NCBI GenBank assembly: GCA_963704645.1 | Contig: OY969926.1 | Span: 1,202,569-1,266,568, forward strand | DNA: 64,000 nucleotides | Source: an uncultured bacterium | GTDB taxonomy: Bacteria; Patescibacteriota; JACMRA01 | Reading direction: 5' to 3' | Part shown: piece after piece, positions 21,899 through 30,992 of the stretch | Numbering within the stretch: position 1 is the first letter of the stretch | Layout of the letters: every line of letters starts with the position of its first letter | The notes under the pieces: model-generated | What the model was told of the DNA's origin: nothing | Databases searched by the model: none | The model's input: only the letters and a program-made list of their open reading frames with translations | Position numbers and translations under genes: made by a program

Positions 21899-24256
21899 TT
21901 ACTTTTTCTTTGCCTTACTAAAACTGGATTTAGTTGGTGTTTTCTTGCTAAACTTTGATGGTGACTTTGTATCTGTATTAGCTGCTGCCTTTTTTGGTTT
22001 AGCTGTATCTGCTGGGTCTTGTCCCTCTATAAAACCACAAACTTCGGCTGGAAGTGAACAACCCAGGAAAGATTTTCCTCTAAAACCGCGTTTCATAACC
22101 ATAACACCAGCCTTGTTTCCTGTGCGTTTTGCCAATGCACAACGTGGACATTCTCCTAAACTTATTGGGGCAACGGTGTGGTTATTACCTACTTTATAAT
22201 CGGGGCAGGCAATGTAAGTTTTTAAACTAGCCTTAGAAACTCTAACTATTAAGTCTTTTTCACACACTTCGCATTTTCTATTTTGCAATTGAACATTAAA
22301 TTTTTCTCTAGCTTCATCTAAAGCCACAATGTACTCTCTAAAGTTTTTTGGGAACTGGTGTTCTGCATGTTCCTGACACTGAAAATATTCACCGAAACGT
22401 CCAATTTTAAGTACCATTGCTGCATTACAAGTGGGACAAGGCACATCGGTTTGACTGCTTCTATAAGTATCTTTCTGTTCTTTAATTACAGCACTTTTTT
22501 CTTCAACTTCTTTCTTAAAGGGAAACCAGAAATTACTTAAAACTTGAGCATATTCCTTTTCACCACGGCTAATATCATCTAAACTATCTTCCATTTCAGC
22601 TGTAAGTTCAGAGCTAGTAACTTCCTTAAAATTATCGAACAAAAGCTTATCAATTTTGCGTCCAAGCACAGTTGGTTTCATGCTGTTGTTTTCAATAACA
22701 ACATATTCTCTGTCTTGCAAAGTAGAAATAATGGTGGCGTATGTACTAGGCCTTCCAATACCAGCTTCTTCTAAATGTTTAATTAAACTAGCTGGGGAAT
22801 ATCTGCTTGGTGGGCGGGTATTTTTTTGGAAAGCTAAAATATTTTCTAGGAACAAGCTTTGCCCTTCTTTTAACAATTGCTTTGGGGTTAAAGTATATTC
22901 TTCGCCAGTAACTAGCTTGTATCCAGGCGAAATTGTCCAAGAAAGTGAACCAGCAAAAGCATCTGAATTAGAGTTTTCCAAGTCCATTACATATCTTTGA
23001 CGAAGTTCATCGGTCATTTGACTGGCTACCATTTGCTGCCAAATTAAAGTGTAAAGGCGGTGCAAAGGCGATTCAATTTTACCTTTCAAACTATCAGGAT
23101 GCAAAGCAGGGTTAATAGGGCGAATAGCTTCGTGAGCTTCCTGGGCGTTGCGGCTTTTAGATTTGTATATTCTGGGCGAAGAAGGAAGAGCTTGAGGATG
23201 GTTTTTAGAAATCCAATCACGGGCAATTGCTACAGATTCAGCGGACAAGTTGGTACTATCAGTTCTCATGTAGGTAATTAACGCTGTAGATCTACCGCCA
23301 ATGTCTACGCCTTCATATAACTTTTGAGCTAATTGCATGGTCTGTCTTGGGGCAAAACCTAGTCTTGTAGAAGCAGATTGTTGCAAAGTAGAAGTTGTGA
23401 AAGGTGCTTTAGGTGAAGATTTTTCGTCTTTTGGGGTAATTTTTTCTACTTTAAATTCGGTGTTGGTTAAAGTTTTAGAAACCAAATCTTCCATTTGTTT
23501 TTGGGATGAAATTGGATTAGGAATTTTTTGGCCGGCAATTTTGGTTAGCTTCCAAGTTTGATTGGCTTTATCTTTAGCAATTGTTTCGTCTTCCAATAAA
23601 TTAAGTTTAAGTTTGGCTAAAGTATTTTTTTCCTGAATGAATTCACCTTCAATTTCCCAATATTCTTCAATTATAAAAGCTTCAATTTCATCTTCACGAA
23701 CACAAACTAAATGCAAAGCCGGAGACTGTACCCTACCCGCAGATAAATGATAATTCCCCATTGTATTCCATAAAACTGGCGAAAGTTTGTAACCTACTAG
23801 CTTATCTAAAACTTGCCTTGCCTGTTGTGCTGCAACTAATTCTTGATTTAGGTGCCGTGGACTAGCTAGAGCTTCTTTAATTGCTTTAGGTGTAATTTCA
23901 TGAAATTCTAAACGTTTAATTTTAGACTTATCTTTAAAACCCAAGACCTCTGCTAAATGCCAAGAAATAGCTTCACCTTCTCTATCCGCGTCGGTTGCAA
24001 ATAATACAACAGGATTGGTTTTAACTAATTGCTTTAATTTAGCTACAACGTCAGTTTTTTTAGGATCAGTTTGATAGTAAGGATGAAAATTGTTTTCAAT
24101 ATCTATACCGTTAATTTCTAGGGTTTTACCCTCTTTCGTTTTCTTATCATCACTTAAACCACGAATATGTCCCACAGAAGCCATTACAGTATATTCAGAC
24201 CCAACAATATGGGAAATGGTTTTAGCCTTAGCCGGAGATTCTACAATTATCAACAT
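21899..24256 (-). CDS. topA: DNA topoisomerase I
   Basis: The N-terminal 'LIIVESPAKAKTISHIVGSEYTVMASVGHIRGL' (TOPRIM) is close to E. coli TopA. The C-terminal part has three Cys4-type zinc ribbons and a Lys-rich tail. Length is 785 aa. Confidence 0.95.
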   Translation of the reverse strand: MLIIVESPAKAKTISHIVGSEYTVMASVGHIRGLSDDKKTKEGKTLEINGIDIENNFHPYYQTDPKKTDVVAKLKQLVKTNPVVLFATDADREGEAISWHLAEVLGFKDKSKIKRLEFHEITPKAIKEALASPRHLNQELVAAQQARQVLDKLVGYKLSPVLWNTMGNYHLSAGRVQSPALHLVCVREDEIEAFIIEEYWEIEGEFIQEKNTLAKLKLNLLEDETIAKDKANQTWKLTKIAGQKIPNPISSQKQMEDLVSKTLTNTEFKVEKITPKDEKSSPKAPFTTSTLQQSASTRLGFAPRQTMQLAQKLYEGVDIGGRSTALITYMRTDSTNLSAESVAIARDWISKNHPQALPSSPRIYKSKSRNAQEAHEAIRPINPALHPDSLKGKIESPLHRLYTLIWQQMVASQMTDELRQRYVMDLENSNSDAFAGSLSWTISPGYKLVTGEEYTLTPKQLLKEGQSLFLENILAFQKNTRPPSRYSPASLIKHLEEAGIGRPSTYATIISTLQDREYVVIENNSMKPTVLGRKIDKLLFDNFKEVTSSELTAEMEDSLDDISRGEKEYAQVLSNFWFPFKKEVEEKSAVIKEQKDTYRSSQTDVPCPTCNAAMVLKIGRFGEYFQCQEHAEHQFPKNFREYIVALDEAREKFNVQLQNRKCEVCEKDLIVRVSKASLKTYIACPDYKVGNNHTVAPISLGECPRCALAKRTGNKAGVMVMKRGFRGKSFLGCSLPAEVCGFIEGQDPADTAKPKKAAANTDTKSPSKFSKKTPTKSSFSKAKKK

Positions 24257-24569
24257 AAATTACAAGTTTTAGCGCCTACCTAGGCTAGTCTGAACAATAC
24301 TATTCTACAAAATTATTCTTCGCAAGAAAAAAAATGCATACAAACTAGCTGGTGGTGATATAGTTTTGGTTTGTGGTCAAGAAACATTATTAATTACCAG
24401 ATCTTATTTTAAGTTCAAAAATTAGTTGTGGCAGTAAATTATTTTTAGTCCATTTTTTTTTCTTTGGGTTTAAAACTTCGCCCAAGCATTCATTAATTTT
24501 ATTCATTTAGTTAGTTTTAGGATAATAATACTACCCTATGTAAGGCCAAATATAGAAAAATTATTTTTG

Positions 24570-25772
24570 CTATTTAACAACCTGGCAAAGTGCAAGAATA
24601 TAGCTTAAGTCTGGATAGCAAGACATATGGGTTACGGCAAAACTAGACTCATTCATTTCACCAATAAAAGATTTTAATGTGTGGCTATAATGATTCCAAA
24701 TTACTATTTCCTCATTTTCTTTGAAAGAGAGTATTTTACTTCCCCATTCTAAATTAAATTCTAAATCAATATCCTTTAATAATTTCATTACTTGCAGTCT
24801 CCTACCAGAATTTTCATCATACTTACTTACTATTTCGTACATGTCTGTTTTAAAACCTAAAAGCTGGGGTATCCAAAGTTTCAAGGATGTTATGTAGGGG
24901 TTATTAGCTGTAACAAAACTAGACCTCCATTCAGGTGTATCAAGGCCGTTGTCTAAAATTAAAATATCGTCTACACCCATACTATTTTTTAAATTTTTTA
25001 ATACTTGCTGTCTGTTTGCTACATTACCGAGTGTAGAGCCAATAAATAAAAGAACATTACAAGAGTTGGAATTTTTTAACTTATTATTAAATAGTAAATC
25101 ACGTATTAAAATTTGTTCAATATCTGCTACAATATTATTTACTTCAATATTTGGATACCATTTTTCCATATTTTTAGTTAAAATATTTTGAATGTCCTTA
25201 CTTAAATCTATACTTGTATAGTTTATTTTAGCTTGTGTTTGTAGAATATCTATTAGGGGTTTAATAGTGTACCCATTGCCAGGACCAATATCAATAATAT
25301 TAACTTGTTCATAATCTTTAAGTCTAAAATCAAAATAGTTTAAGCTTGTTTCCAATAGCCTATTTGTTTCGTCCAAATGATAATCTTTATTATTAATCAT
25401 TGACTTAACGTATTCATCCCACAATTTAGCTCCTCCATTTAAATAGGCAAATTTTAGTGGAATACTACCATTACTTTCTAGGCTGGTAATAAGCTCAATA
25501 ATTTGACTTTCATTTAAAATATTTTTCAATGCTGGGCTTGTAGTTATCTTCTCGAAAGCAATCTTATTTCTATATTTTTCTGCATTAGTTTTTAGTTTAA
25601 GCAATTCAGCCTCATTATGCTGGTTATCAATTATGAAGTATTTATTATTTATTTCGTGCAACAGCAAATTATTTTCTTTTTTTAGTGCAGCTTCGACCCA
25701 TCTTGCAACAGTAGGGTGAGCAACTCCAAGTTGTTTAGAAATAGTGTAATTTCTTATTGTTTTGATATCCAT
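24570..25772 (-). CDS. HTH domain fused to an EgtD-like (Methyltransf_33 family) SAM-dependent methyltransferase
   Basis: The N-terminal 'ISKQLGVAHPTVARWVE' is a helix-turn-helix. 'IPLKFAYLNGGAKLWDEY', 'IIDIGPGNGYTIKPLI', 'YTSIDLSKD' and 'LLFIGSTLGNV' parallel the EgtD-family motifs (P.k..YD..Gs.Lfe.I, ELG.G...K, Y.piDiS, f.GSsiGNf). Confidence 0.65.
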   Translation of the reverse strand: MDIKTIRNYTISKQLGVAHPTVARWVEAALKKENNLLLHEINNKYFIIDNQHNEAELLKLKTNAEKYRNKIAFEKITTSPALKNILNESQIIELITSLESNGSIPLKFAYLNGGAKLWDEYVKSMINNKDYHLDETNRLLETSLNYFDFRLKDYEQVNIIDIGPGNGYTIKPLIDILQTQAKINYTSIDLSKDIQNILTKNMEKWYPNIEVNNIVADIEQILIRDLLFNNKLKNSNSCNVLLFIGSTLGNVANRQQVLKNLKNSMGVDDILILDNGLDTPEWRSSFVTANNPYITSLKLWIPQLLGFKTDMYEIVSKYDENSGRRLQVMKLLKDIDLEFNLEWGSKILSFKENEEIVIWNHYSHTLKSFIGEMNESSFAVTHMSCYPDLSYILALCQVVK

Positions 25773-25864
25773 GGGGTAAAGTTGTTGTTTGGTGTTTATT
25801 ATTTGACATGCTTACAAAAATATTGTACACATTGGCCACACAATTTTTAAGTACAAATAATTAT

Positions 25865-26092
25865 ATGAATTTATTAAGTAATTTACCAGAAAGACATAAT
25901 TTTGATATGGTTAATAAGGGTTTAAGTAAGGGTTTTGAACTACAACCTTTAGAGTCGGATAAATTCTATCAATTTATTTGTAACCTTTTAAAAGAAGTAG
26001 AACTTGCCTATTGCTTAGGACCTTGTCTTAGCCAAGACCAAATTAATTATCTAAAGCGTCAATTTAGGCAAAATGTCAATACATTAAAATAA
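25865..26092 (+). CDS. Small hypothetical protein (75 aa), first gene of the NTase operon
   Basis: The internal ATG at 25865 is preferred. The listed start at 25808 would leave only 35 nt for two divergent promoters. Its stop lies 3 nt before the next ATG. Confidence 0.3.
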   Translation: MNLLSNLPERHNFDMVNKGLSKGFELQPLESDKFYQFICNLLKEVELAYCLGPCLSQDQINYLKRQFRQNVNTLK

Positions 26093-26095
26093 AAT

Positions 26096-26809
26096 ATGAG
26101 TAGTTCAGTTCAACGAGTTAAACTTTTGTGTGAAAATTTAGACATTAAAAGTAATATTATCTGCCTTCTTCATTATGGCTCTGTTAAACAAAGAGAGGAT
26201 TTTACTAACACGTCAGATTTAGATTTTCATTTAGTTCTAAAAAATTTAAACAGCACAACTTTGGTACAAATAAAAGAAATATTTGGATTTAGTAATAAAA
26301 TTGACTTAACATATCTGACATTAGATGAAGTTATTTGTGGAGATCAAATTATATTTAATAATGGAAATCAGGGAATTTACTTTATGCACATACTTGCTTC
26401 TTCCGAAATTTTAGTTGGTGAAAATATATACAAAAAACTTATTTTGAAAGCAAATGAATCAAAGATTAATAGATCAATAATCGAAAAAGTTCGTTACTAT
26501 ATTTGGCTGTTGAGAAGAAACTTTGTATTTGAAAATGATATACTTATTCACAAAAAATATTTTGTAAGAATTTTAAAAGATATACTAATACTTCAAAAAA
26601 TAATCAATTACGAAAATATTTCTAAGTTTAATAATAGACAAATAATATCTCTATTTATAGAGAATAACCACTTAGAAGTAAATGAAATAGTACTTATTAA
26701 TTCATTAATAAATTTAGAAAATGTGAAAAGTCCAAAAATTCCTGAAACTTTAACTTTATTTAAAAAATTCATTGATAACATTGTATGGAAGAACCTAGAA
26801 ATAATTTAA
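26096..26809 (+). CDS. Pol-beta superfamily nucleotidyltransferase with helical C-terminal domain (KNTase/ANT-like architecture)
   Basis: 'LLHYGSVKQREDFTNTSDLDFHLVL' matches the hG[GS]-x(9-13)-DhDh NTase signature. It is followed by a ~130-aa helical tail. Confidence 0.65.
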   Translation: MSSSVQRVKLLCENLDIKSNIICLLHYGSVKQREDFTNTSDLDFHLVLKNLNSTTLVQIKEIFGFSNKIDLTYLTLDEVICGDQIIFNNGNQGIYFMHILASSEILVGENIYKKLILKANESKINRSIIEKVRYYIWLLRRNFVFENDILIHKKYFVRILKDILILQKIINYENISKFNNRQIISLFIENNHLEVNEIVLINSLINLENVKSPKIPETLTLFKKFIDNIVWKNLEII

Positions 26810-28074
26810 ATATATCTATCTTAAACAGAATAAACACTATAAGTAATGAGGTGTTGGAGGGAAAAAGTTCCATATTAAATTCAGTAAATCAAATGAATGA
26901 ACTAACAAGAAAATGTTTAATAGATCTTGGTTTAATTTTTTCTAAAAAGTTAAATTTAAATATTGAAGATTTGCCTTTTGCTCTTTGTATATTTGGATCG
27001 CCTTCAAGAAATTTAATGTTGCCCAATTCTGATTTAGATATAGGAATAATTTATACAGAGAATTGCACTGAGGAAATAAAAGCAGAATTAGCAGAATATG
27101 TAAAAAGCCTGCCCTTTGACAAAGTAGATATAGCGTCTTGGAATAGTATTTCTTCAATGAGCTATAAAGGTTGTATTGATATGATTGAATACAATAAAGC
27201 AGTAGATGCTCAGTTTGTAACTGGTAATAAATATTTGAAAGAACAATATATTAATGAAATAAAGCTTAAAGATTCAATTGAGTCTAAATCTTCTAGATTC
27301 ATTACCGAATATGGAATTCTGAGAGAATATGATTACATAAAAAAAGGTGGTAATTTTGGCCCTAATTTAAAATATGATTTTGGGGCATCTAGGGATATTG
27401 TATTTTTTGATTGGTTTTACTGTTTATTTGAAAATCCTGAAGTAAATAAGAACAGTTCACCGTTATTCTTAAGAAGTTTGAAGCTATTAGTTAGAAATGA
27501 GGCTATTAATGCTACTAATTTTATTGAAATAAAACGAAGCATTGAATTAATTTTACTTGTTAAGTTTACTTTACTTTATAAATTTAGAAATAATAACAAT
27601 ATAATGCTTCTTAGCCTAAGTAGTTTCTCCCTGCAGGAATGTTTTAACTATAGTAATGATTCTTTTAAAAAAATAGGTATATATTCAGATGAAGATTTAA
27701 TTAGCAGGTACTACAGATCTAAGCTAATCATCCATAATGCGATTGAATCACTTTACGAAATAGTGACAAGCATTAATCCTGATTTTATGAAAAAATGGAA
27801 TAAACTGAAAGAAAGCCAAGATTTAATACTTCCTGCTGACTGGAGTTACAACATAGAATTATGGCAACATTTAGTCCCTCAAGCAATTCATTCTACAAAT
27901 TCTAACCTGTTAAGTGAGATTGTTGATCTTATTGCCAACGTTGACGGATTTGAATACATTCTTAGAATTATTAGTGAAAACAAATCTATAGATCAAAAGA
28001 TTGTCAGCAGACTTATTAATTCTAAATTACCAGAAAAATATAAATCCAAACTACTAAGAACCTATGCAACTTAA
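26785..28074 (+). CDS. Second nucleotidyltransferase, GlnD/GlnE-like (protein nucleotidylyltransferase-type) N-terminus with long helical C-terminal region
   Basis: 'ALCIFGSPSRNLMLPNSDLDIGIIY' followed by 'AVDAQFVTGNKYL' resembles GlnD 'GGYGRGEL.P.SDIDLL.L ... eaR.iaGd..L'. Its start overlaps the upstream gene by 25 nt. Confidence 0.6.
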   Translation: MEEPRNNLNISILNRINTISNEVLEGKSSILNSVNQMNELTRKCLIDLGLIFSKKLNLNIEDLPFALCIFGSPSRNLMLPNSDLDIGIIYTENCTEEIKAELAEYVKSLPFDKVDIASWNSISSMSYKGCIDMIEYNKAVDAQFVTGNKYLKEQYINEIKLKDSIESKSSRFITEYGILREYDYIKKGGNFGPNLKYDFGASRDIVFFDWFYCLFENPEVNKNSSPLFLRSLKLLVRNEAINATNFIEIKRSIELILLVKFTLLYKFRNNNNIMLLSLSSFSLQECFNYSNDSFKKIGIYSDEDLISRYYRSKLIIHNAIESLYEIVTSINPDFMKKWNKLKESQDLILPADWSYNIELWQHLVPQAIHSTNSNLLSEIVDLIANVDGFEYILRIISENKSIDQKIVSRLINSKLPEKYKSKLLRTYAT

Positions 28075-28777
28075 ACTTCTAACTTTAAACTTATGGAGGT
28101 ACTATGATTTTGAAAACAGAATTGATAAAATAATTTCAGAAATTAATAGGCTACAGCCCGATATTATTTTTTTCCAAGAAGTGCATATTGATGAAACTGT
28201 TTCTTGCTTTTCTCAGGTTGAAATAATTAAAGAAAAATTAAATGCATATCAATATTCAATTCACAGTACAATATATCCAAAAAATAGCCAGAGAGGAGTT
28301 AATTTAGAACAAGCTGTTCAGCATGGAATGGCAGTTTTATGTAAACACCCCATAACTAATTCATTTGAATATTATTTAAAACAATCTGAAGATGAAAAGG
28401 AAATTAGATCCAATCTTTGTTTCGATATTATGTTAGATAACAAAATTATTAAACTGACTAACGTTCATTTTGGAAATAGAGAAAACTGGGCTAAAAAGCA
28501 ATTTGAACAATTTGTTAATTACTTAAAAAATAGAAACGAATTAAGAATTATGGCAGGAGATTTTAATATGCACGCTTTAAATGACTATAAAAATTTATAT
28601 CCAGAGTATTTATCTTCAATTGGTTTTAAAGAATATATTTCCTTCCCGGAAAAAAACTGGTGCTTAGATTATTTTTTGATACCTAAAAATATGAAGTTTT
28701 TGGAAGTCGAAGCAATTAACAATTATTTGTCTGATCACAGAGGCGTTTTCGCTGTTGTGAAAGTTTTGTCCAACTAA
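28064..28777 (+). CDS. Endonuclease/exonuclease/phosphatase (EEP) family protein
   Basis: 'LKLLTLNLW', 'PDIIFFQEV', 'MAGDFNM' and the C-terminal 'LSDHRGVFAVV' are the canonical EEP motifs. Its start overlaps the upstream gene by 11 nt. Confidence 0.85.
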   Translation: MQLKLLTLNLWRYYDFENRIDKIISEINRLQPDIIFFQEVHIDETVSCFSQVEIIKEKLNAYQYSIHSTIYPKNSQRGVNLEQAVQHGMAVLCKHPITNSFEYYLKQSEDEKEIRSNLCFDIMLDNKIIKLTNVHFGNRENWAKKQFEQFVNYLKNRNELRIMAGDFNMHALNDYKNLYPEYLSSIGFKEYISFPEKNWCLDYFLIPKNMKFLEVEAINNYLSDHRGVFAVVKVLSN

Positions 28778-28873
28778 CTCCTAGTCTTCCTCCAGTAATA
28801 CCAATTTCTACCAACTAAAAATATTGCCTTGCTAAAATTTACAACCTGCGTCAGAAATAATTAATACTAATTT

Positions 28874-29845
28874 ATGTCTAACCGTAACCGTAAAATTTTG
28901 AAAATTGCTGGACTGGTTTTAGCTGGTGTTTTGGCATTTTGCCTTTTAACAATTGGTTCATTCTATTTGTTTATACCAAGTCGTTTTACCAACCCAAAAC
29001 CAGATCACTACCATTTTAGATTACAATATGTATTCCGCGGACAAGCTGAAAATTTTGGCGCACCACGCTACCAAGTAGATTATATAAAAGATGTTTGCAC
29101 TGGCGGTTTAACAGAATCTCCCATTCACTTCCACGATAATATAGATCAAATAGTTCACTTGCACTGGCAAGGTATAACTGGAGGTGATGTATTAAAGTTT
29201 TACGGAGTAAACAAAGTTGGAGGGCTAGACGGTTATATGGGGCTTAAGCTAGATAAACTATTCCAGTTTCCACCTACAATAACAACTGTGCCAATTCACA
29301 GTCAGTCTTTACCTAAAGCTTCTGGGGAAGACAAATATTTTGTTTACACAGGCGACAAAGACAAATTTGAAAAGAAAGATTTTGACCAATTTTTAAATCA
29401 AACTTTGGAGGATTTTTTGGATAAAGATAGCATACTAAGGCTACAACGTGAAGAATTGGAAAAGGAAGAAAAAAAGTCTAGCTATATTCCTAACCCTTTT
29501 GCCTCTGTTAATGCTTTAGCCCACGAAGGTGAAGAACATGCTACAGTTACTGAAGCCGAACAGCATGAAATAGATGTTAGAAAAACTGAACTGGAGAAAA
29601 AAGCAATTGAAGAAAGAAACAATATAGCCAAGACCAGCAGTCTAGACAGCACGGTTATAAAAGTTGCAACGGCAGATAAAACTGAGGGTGATGCCACTAC
29701 AAAAACTGAGGAGGAGCTAAAAGAAATTAACAATTTAATAGGAAATATAGTTATATTCGTACAACCAGACGAACCTACTAATGAACAAGTACAAGCCAGA
29801 TTCAACAACCTTCAGCCACTTGGTTTAAGCGTTTGTGGAGGGTAG
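28874..29845 (+). CDS. Membrane-anchored hypothetical protein with His-rich motifs and E/K-rich coiled tail
   Basis: It has an N-terminal TM helix ('ILKIAGLVLAGVLAFCLLTIGSFYLF'), the motifs 'DHYHFRLQY' and 'IHFHDNIDQIVHLHW', and a charged low-complexity C-terminal half. Confidence 0.55.
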   Translation: MSNRNRKILKIAGLVLAGVLAFCLLTIGSFYLFIPSRFTNPKPDHYHFRLQYVFRGQAENFGAPRYQVDYIKDVCTGGLTESPIHFHDNIDQIVHLHWQGITGGDVLKFYGVNKVGGLDGYMGLKLDKLFQFPPTITTVPIHSQSLPKASGEDKYFVYTGDKDKFEKKDFDQFLNQTLEDFLDKDSILRLQREELEKEEKKSSYIPNPFASVNALAHEGEEHATVTEAEQHEIDVRKTELEKKAIEERNNIAKTSSLDSTVIKVATADKTEGDATTKTEEELKEINNLIGNIVIFVQPDEPTNEQVQARFNNLQPLGLSVCGG

Positions 29846-29939
29846 TTAGTAGAAATATTATTAGTAAGTTTTTTAGATTGCTATACTGGCCAAATAGCAT
29901 TTTGCATGGTACAATGCTAATATAACTAATTATCAATTA

Positions 29940-30932
29940 ATGTCCGAAACTCGTACCATCACATTCATTCCAGCAGGCGCAAGCAGCAATATAGTCTCTG
30001 CAAAAATTCCAGATGGACAAAGAAAGCCTGAAAGAAAAGGTTTGGGAGTAAAAGAAAAAGATGGACGAGAACCAATGTCACTAGGTGAGCTGGTAAGCAC
30101 TAAATCAATTTCTAACATACTTAAAATAAATGGCTCCAAGGATGTAGATGAAGATTTAATTGATAATATTGATACTTTAGGTGAAGACAGAAGCTCTCCT
30201 AAATATTTTTATGAAATGCAAGTAAAAGAAAGTGTTAAAGCTTTAAGAATGTGCCTTCAAAGAAATAATGAGTATGCTATAAAAAAGCAGCAAATAAAGA
30301 CTGATTTCAACGATAAACTTAAAAGTGTAAAATCCCACATTAGTAACATAAAGGTTGAAGAAATTGCTCGTGAAGCTTATAATTTAAGATGTGAAAGCTT
30401 AGATTTACCAAGATCACAAGATATACAAGGAGAAGATTTATACATCCAGCCAGAAATTCAAGCTAGAATAATTATGGTTCAAAAAGCTTTGCGTGAACTT
30501 AAAGATGTAAATGAGACTAGGCCAATTATGAATTATGAGACTGGCATATCTGAAATTGCAGTGAAAATTTGGGATTATTGCCGAACAGGAGAAACATTAG
30601 ATCCTGATAAATTCATTAACAATTTAATTTCCGAGCTTCCTCTATCTACAACCCGACAGGTAAACACTTTTTGCTTTGCTTTGGCATCGGCTAGAATTAA
30701 TGGAATATCGGAACAAGAAAAATATTTTGTTGATGCCTGTATAGATATTTTGTCTAGAAAAGTCTTTTCAAACGAAGAAATTCAATTAGCAATTACGACC
30801 AATATAGATAAAATTAAAGAATATATTTCAGGGTTGGAATCGTCAAAAAATGAAACAAGACTGCGATACTTGGAAGACGCTGAGCTTATAGTTAGGAATA
30901 GAACTGGCAATAAAACTTTTAAATTTAGCTAA
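29940..30932 (+). CDS. Hypothetical protein (330 aa)
   Basis: Clean ORF with an ATG start. No motif recognised. Confidence 0.5.
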   Translation: MSETRTITFIPAGASSNIVSAKIPDGQRKPERKGLGVKEKDGREPMSLGELVSTKSISNILKINGSKDVDEDLIDNIDTLGEDRSSPKYFYEMQVKESVKALRMCLQRNNEYAIKKQQIKTDFNDKLKSVKSHISNIKVEEIAREAYNLRCESLDLPRSQDIQGEDLYIQPEIQARIIMVQKALRELKDVNETRPIMNYETGISEIAVKIWDYCRTGETLDPDKFINNLISELPLSTTRQVNTFCFALASARINGISEQEKYFVDACIDILSRKVFSNEEIQLAITTNIDKIKEYISGLESSKNETRLRYLEDAELIVRNRTGNKTFKFS

Positions 30933-30992
30933 TTGTTTTACCTAAACATTTATTAGTTTAATAAGTCTTAACGCTAATTCAAAAAATAGTAT

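Noticed and set aside
24570-28777. Calling the NTase operon a CBASS-type (CD-NTase plus effector) system or an MNT-HEPN toxin-antitoxin pair.
   Set aside because: Only the generic Pol-beta GS...DxD signature is visible. The second NTase looks GlnD-like rather than cGAS/DncV-like. EEP effectors are not a known CBASS class. An 'RSKLIIH' Rx5H match is too weak to call a HEPN domain. The locus is kept as an unclassified candidate.
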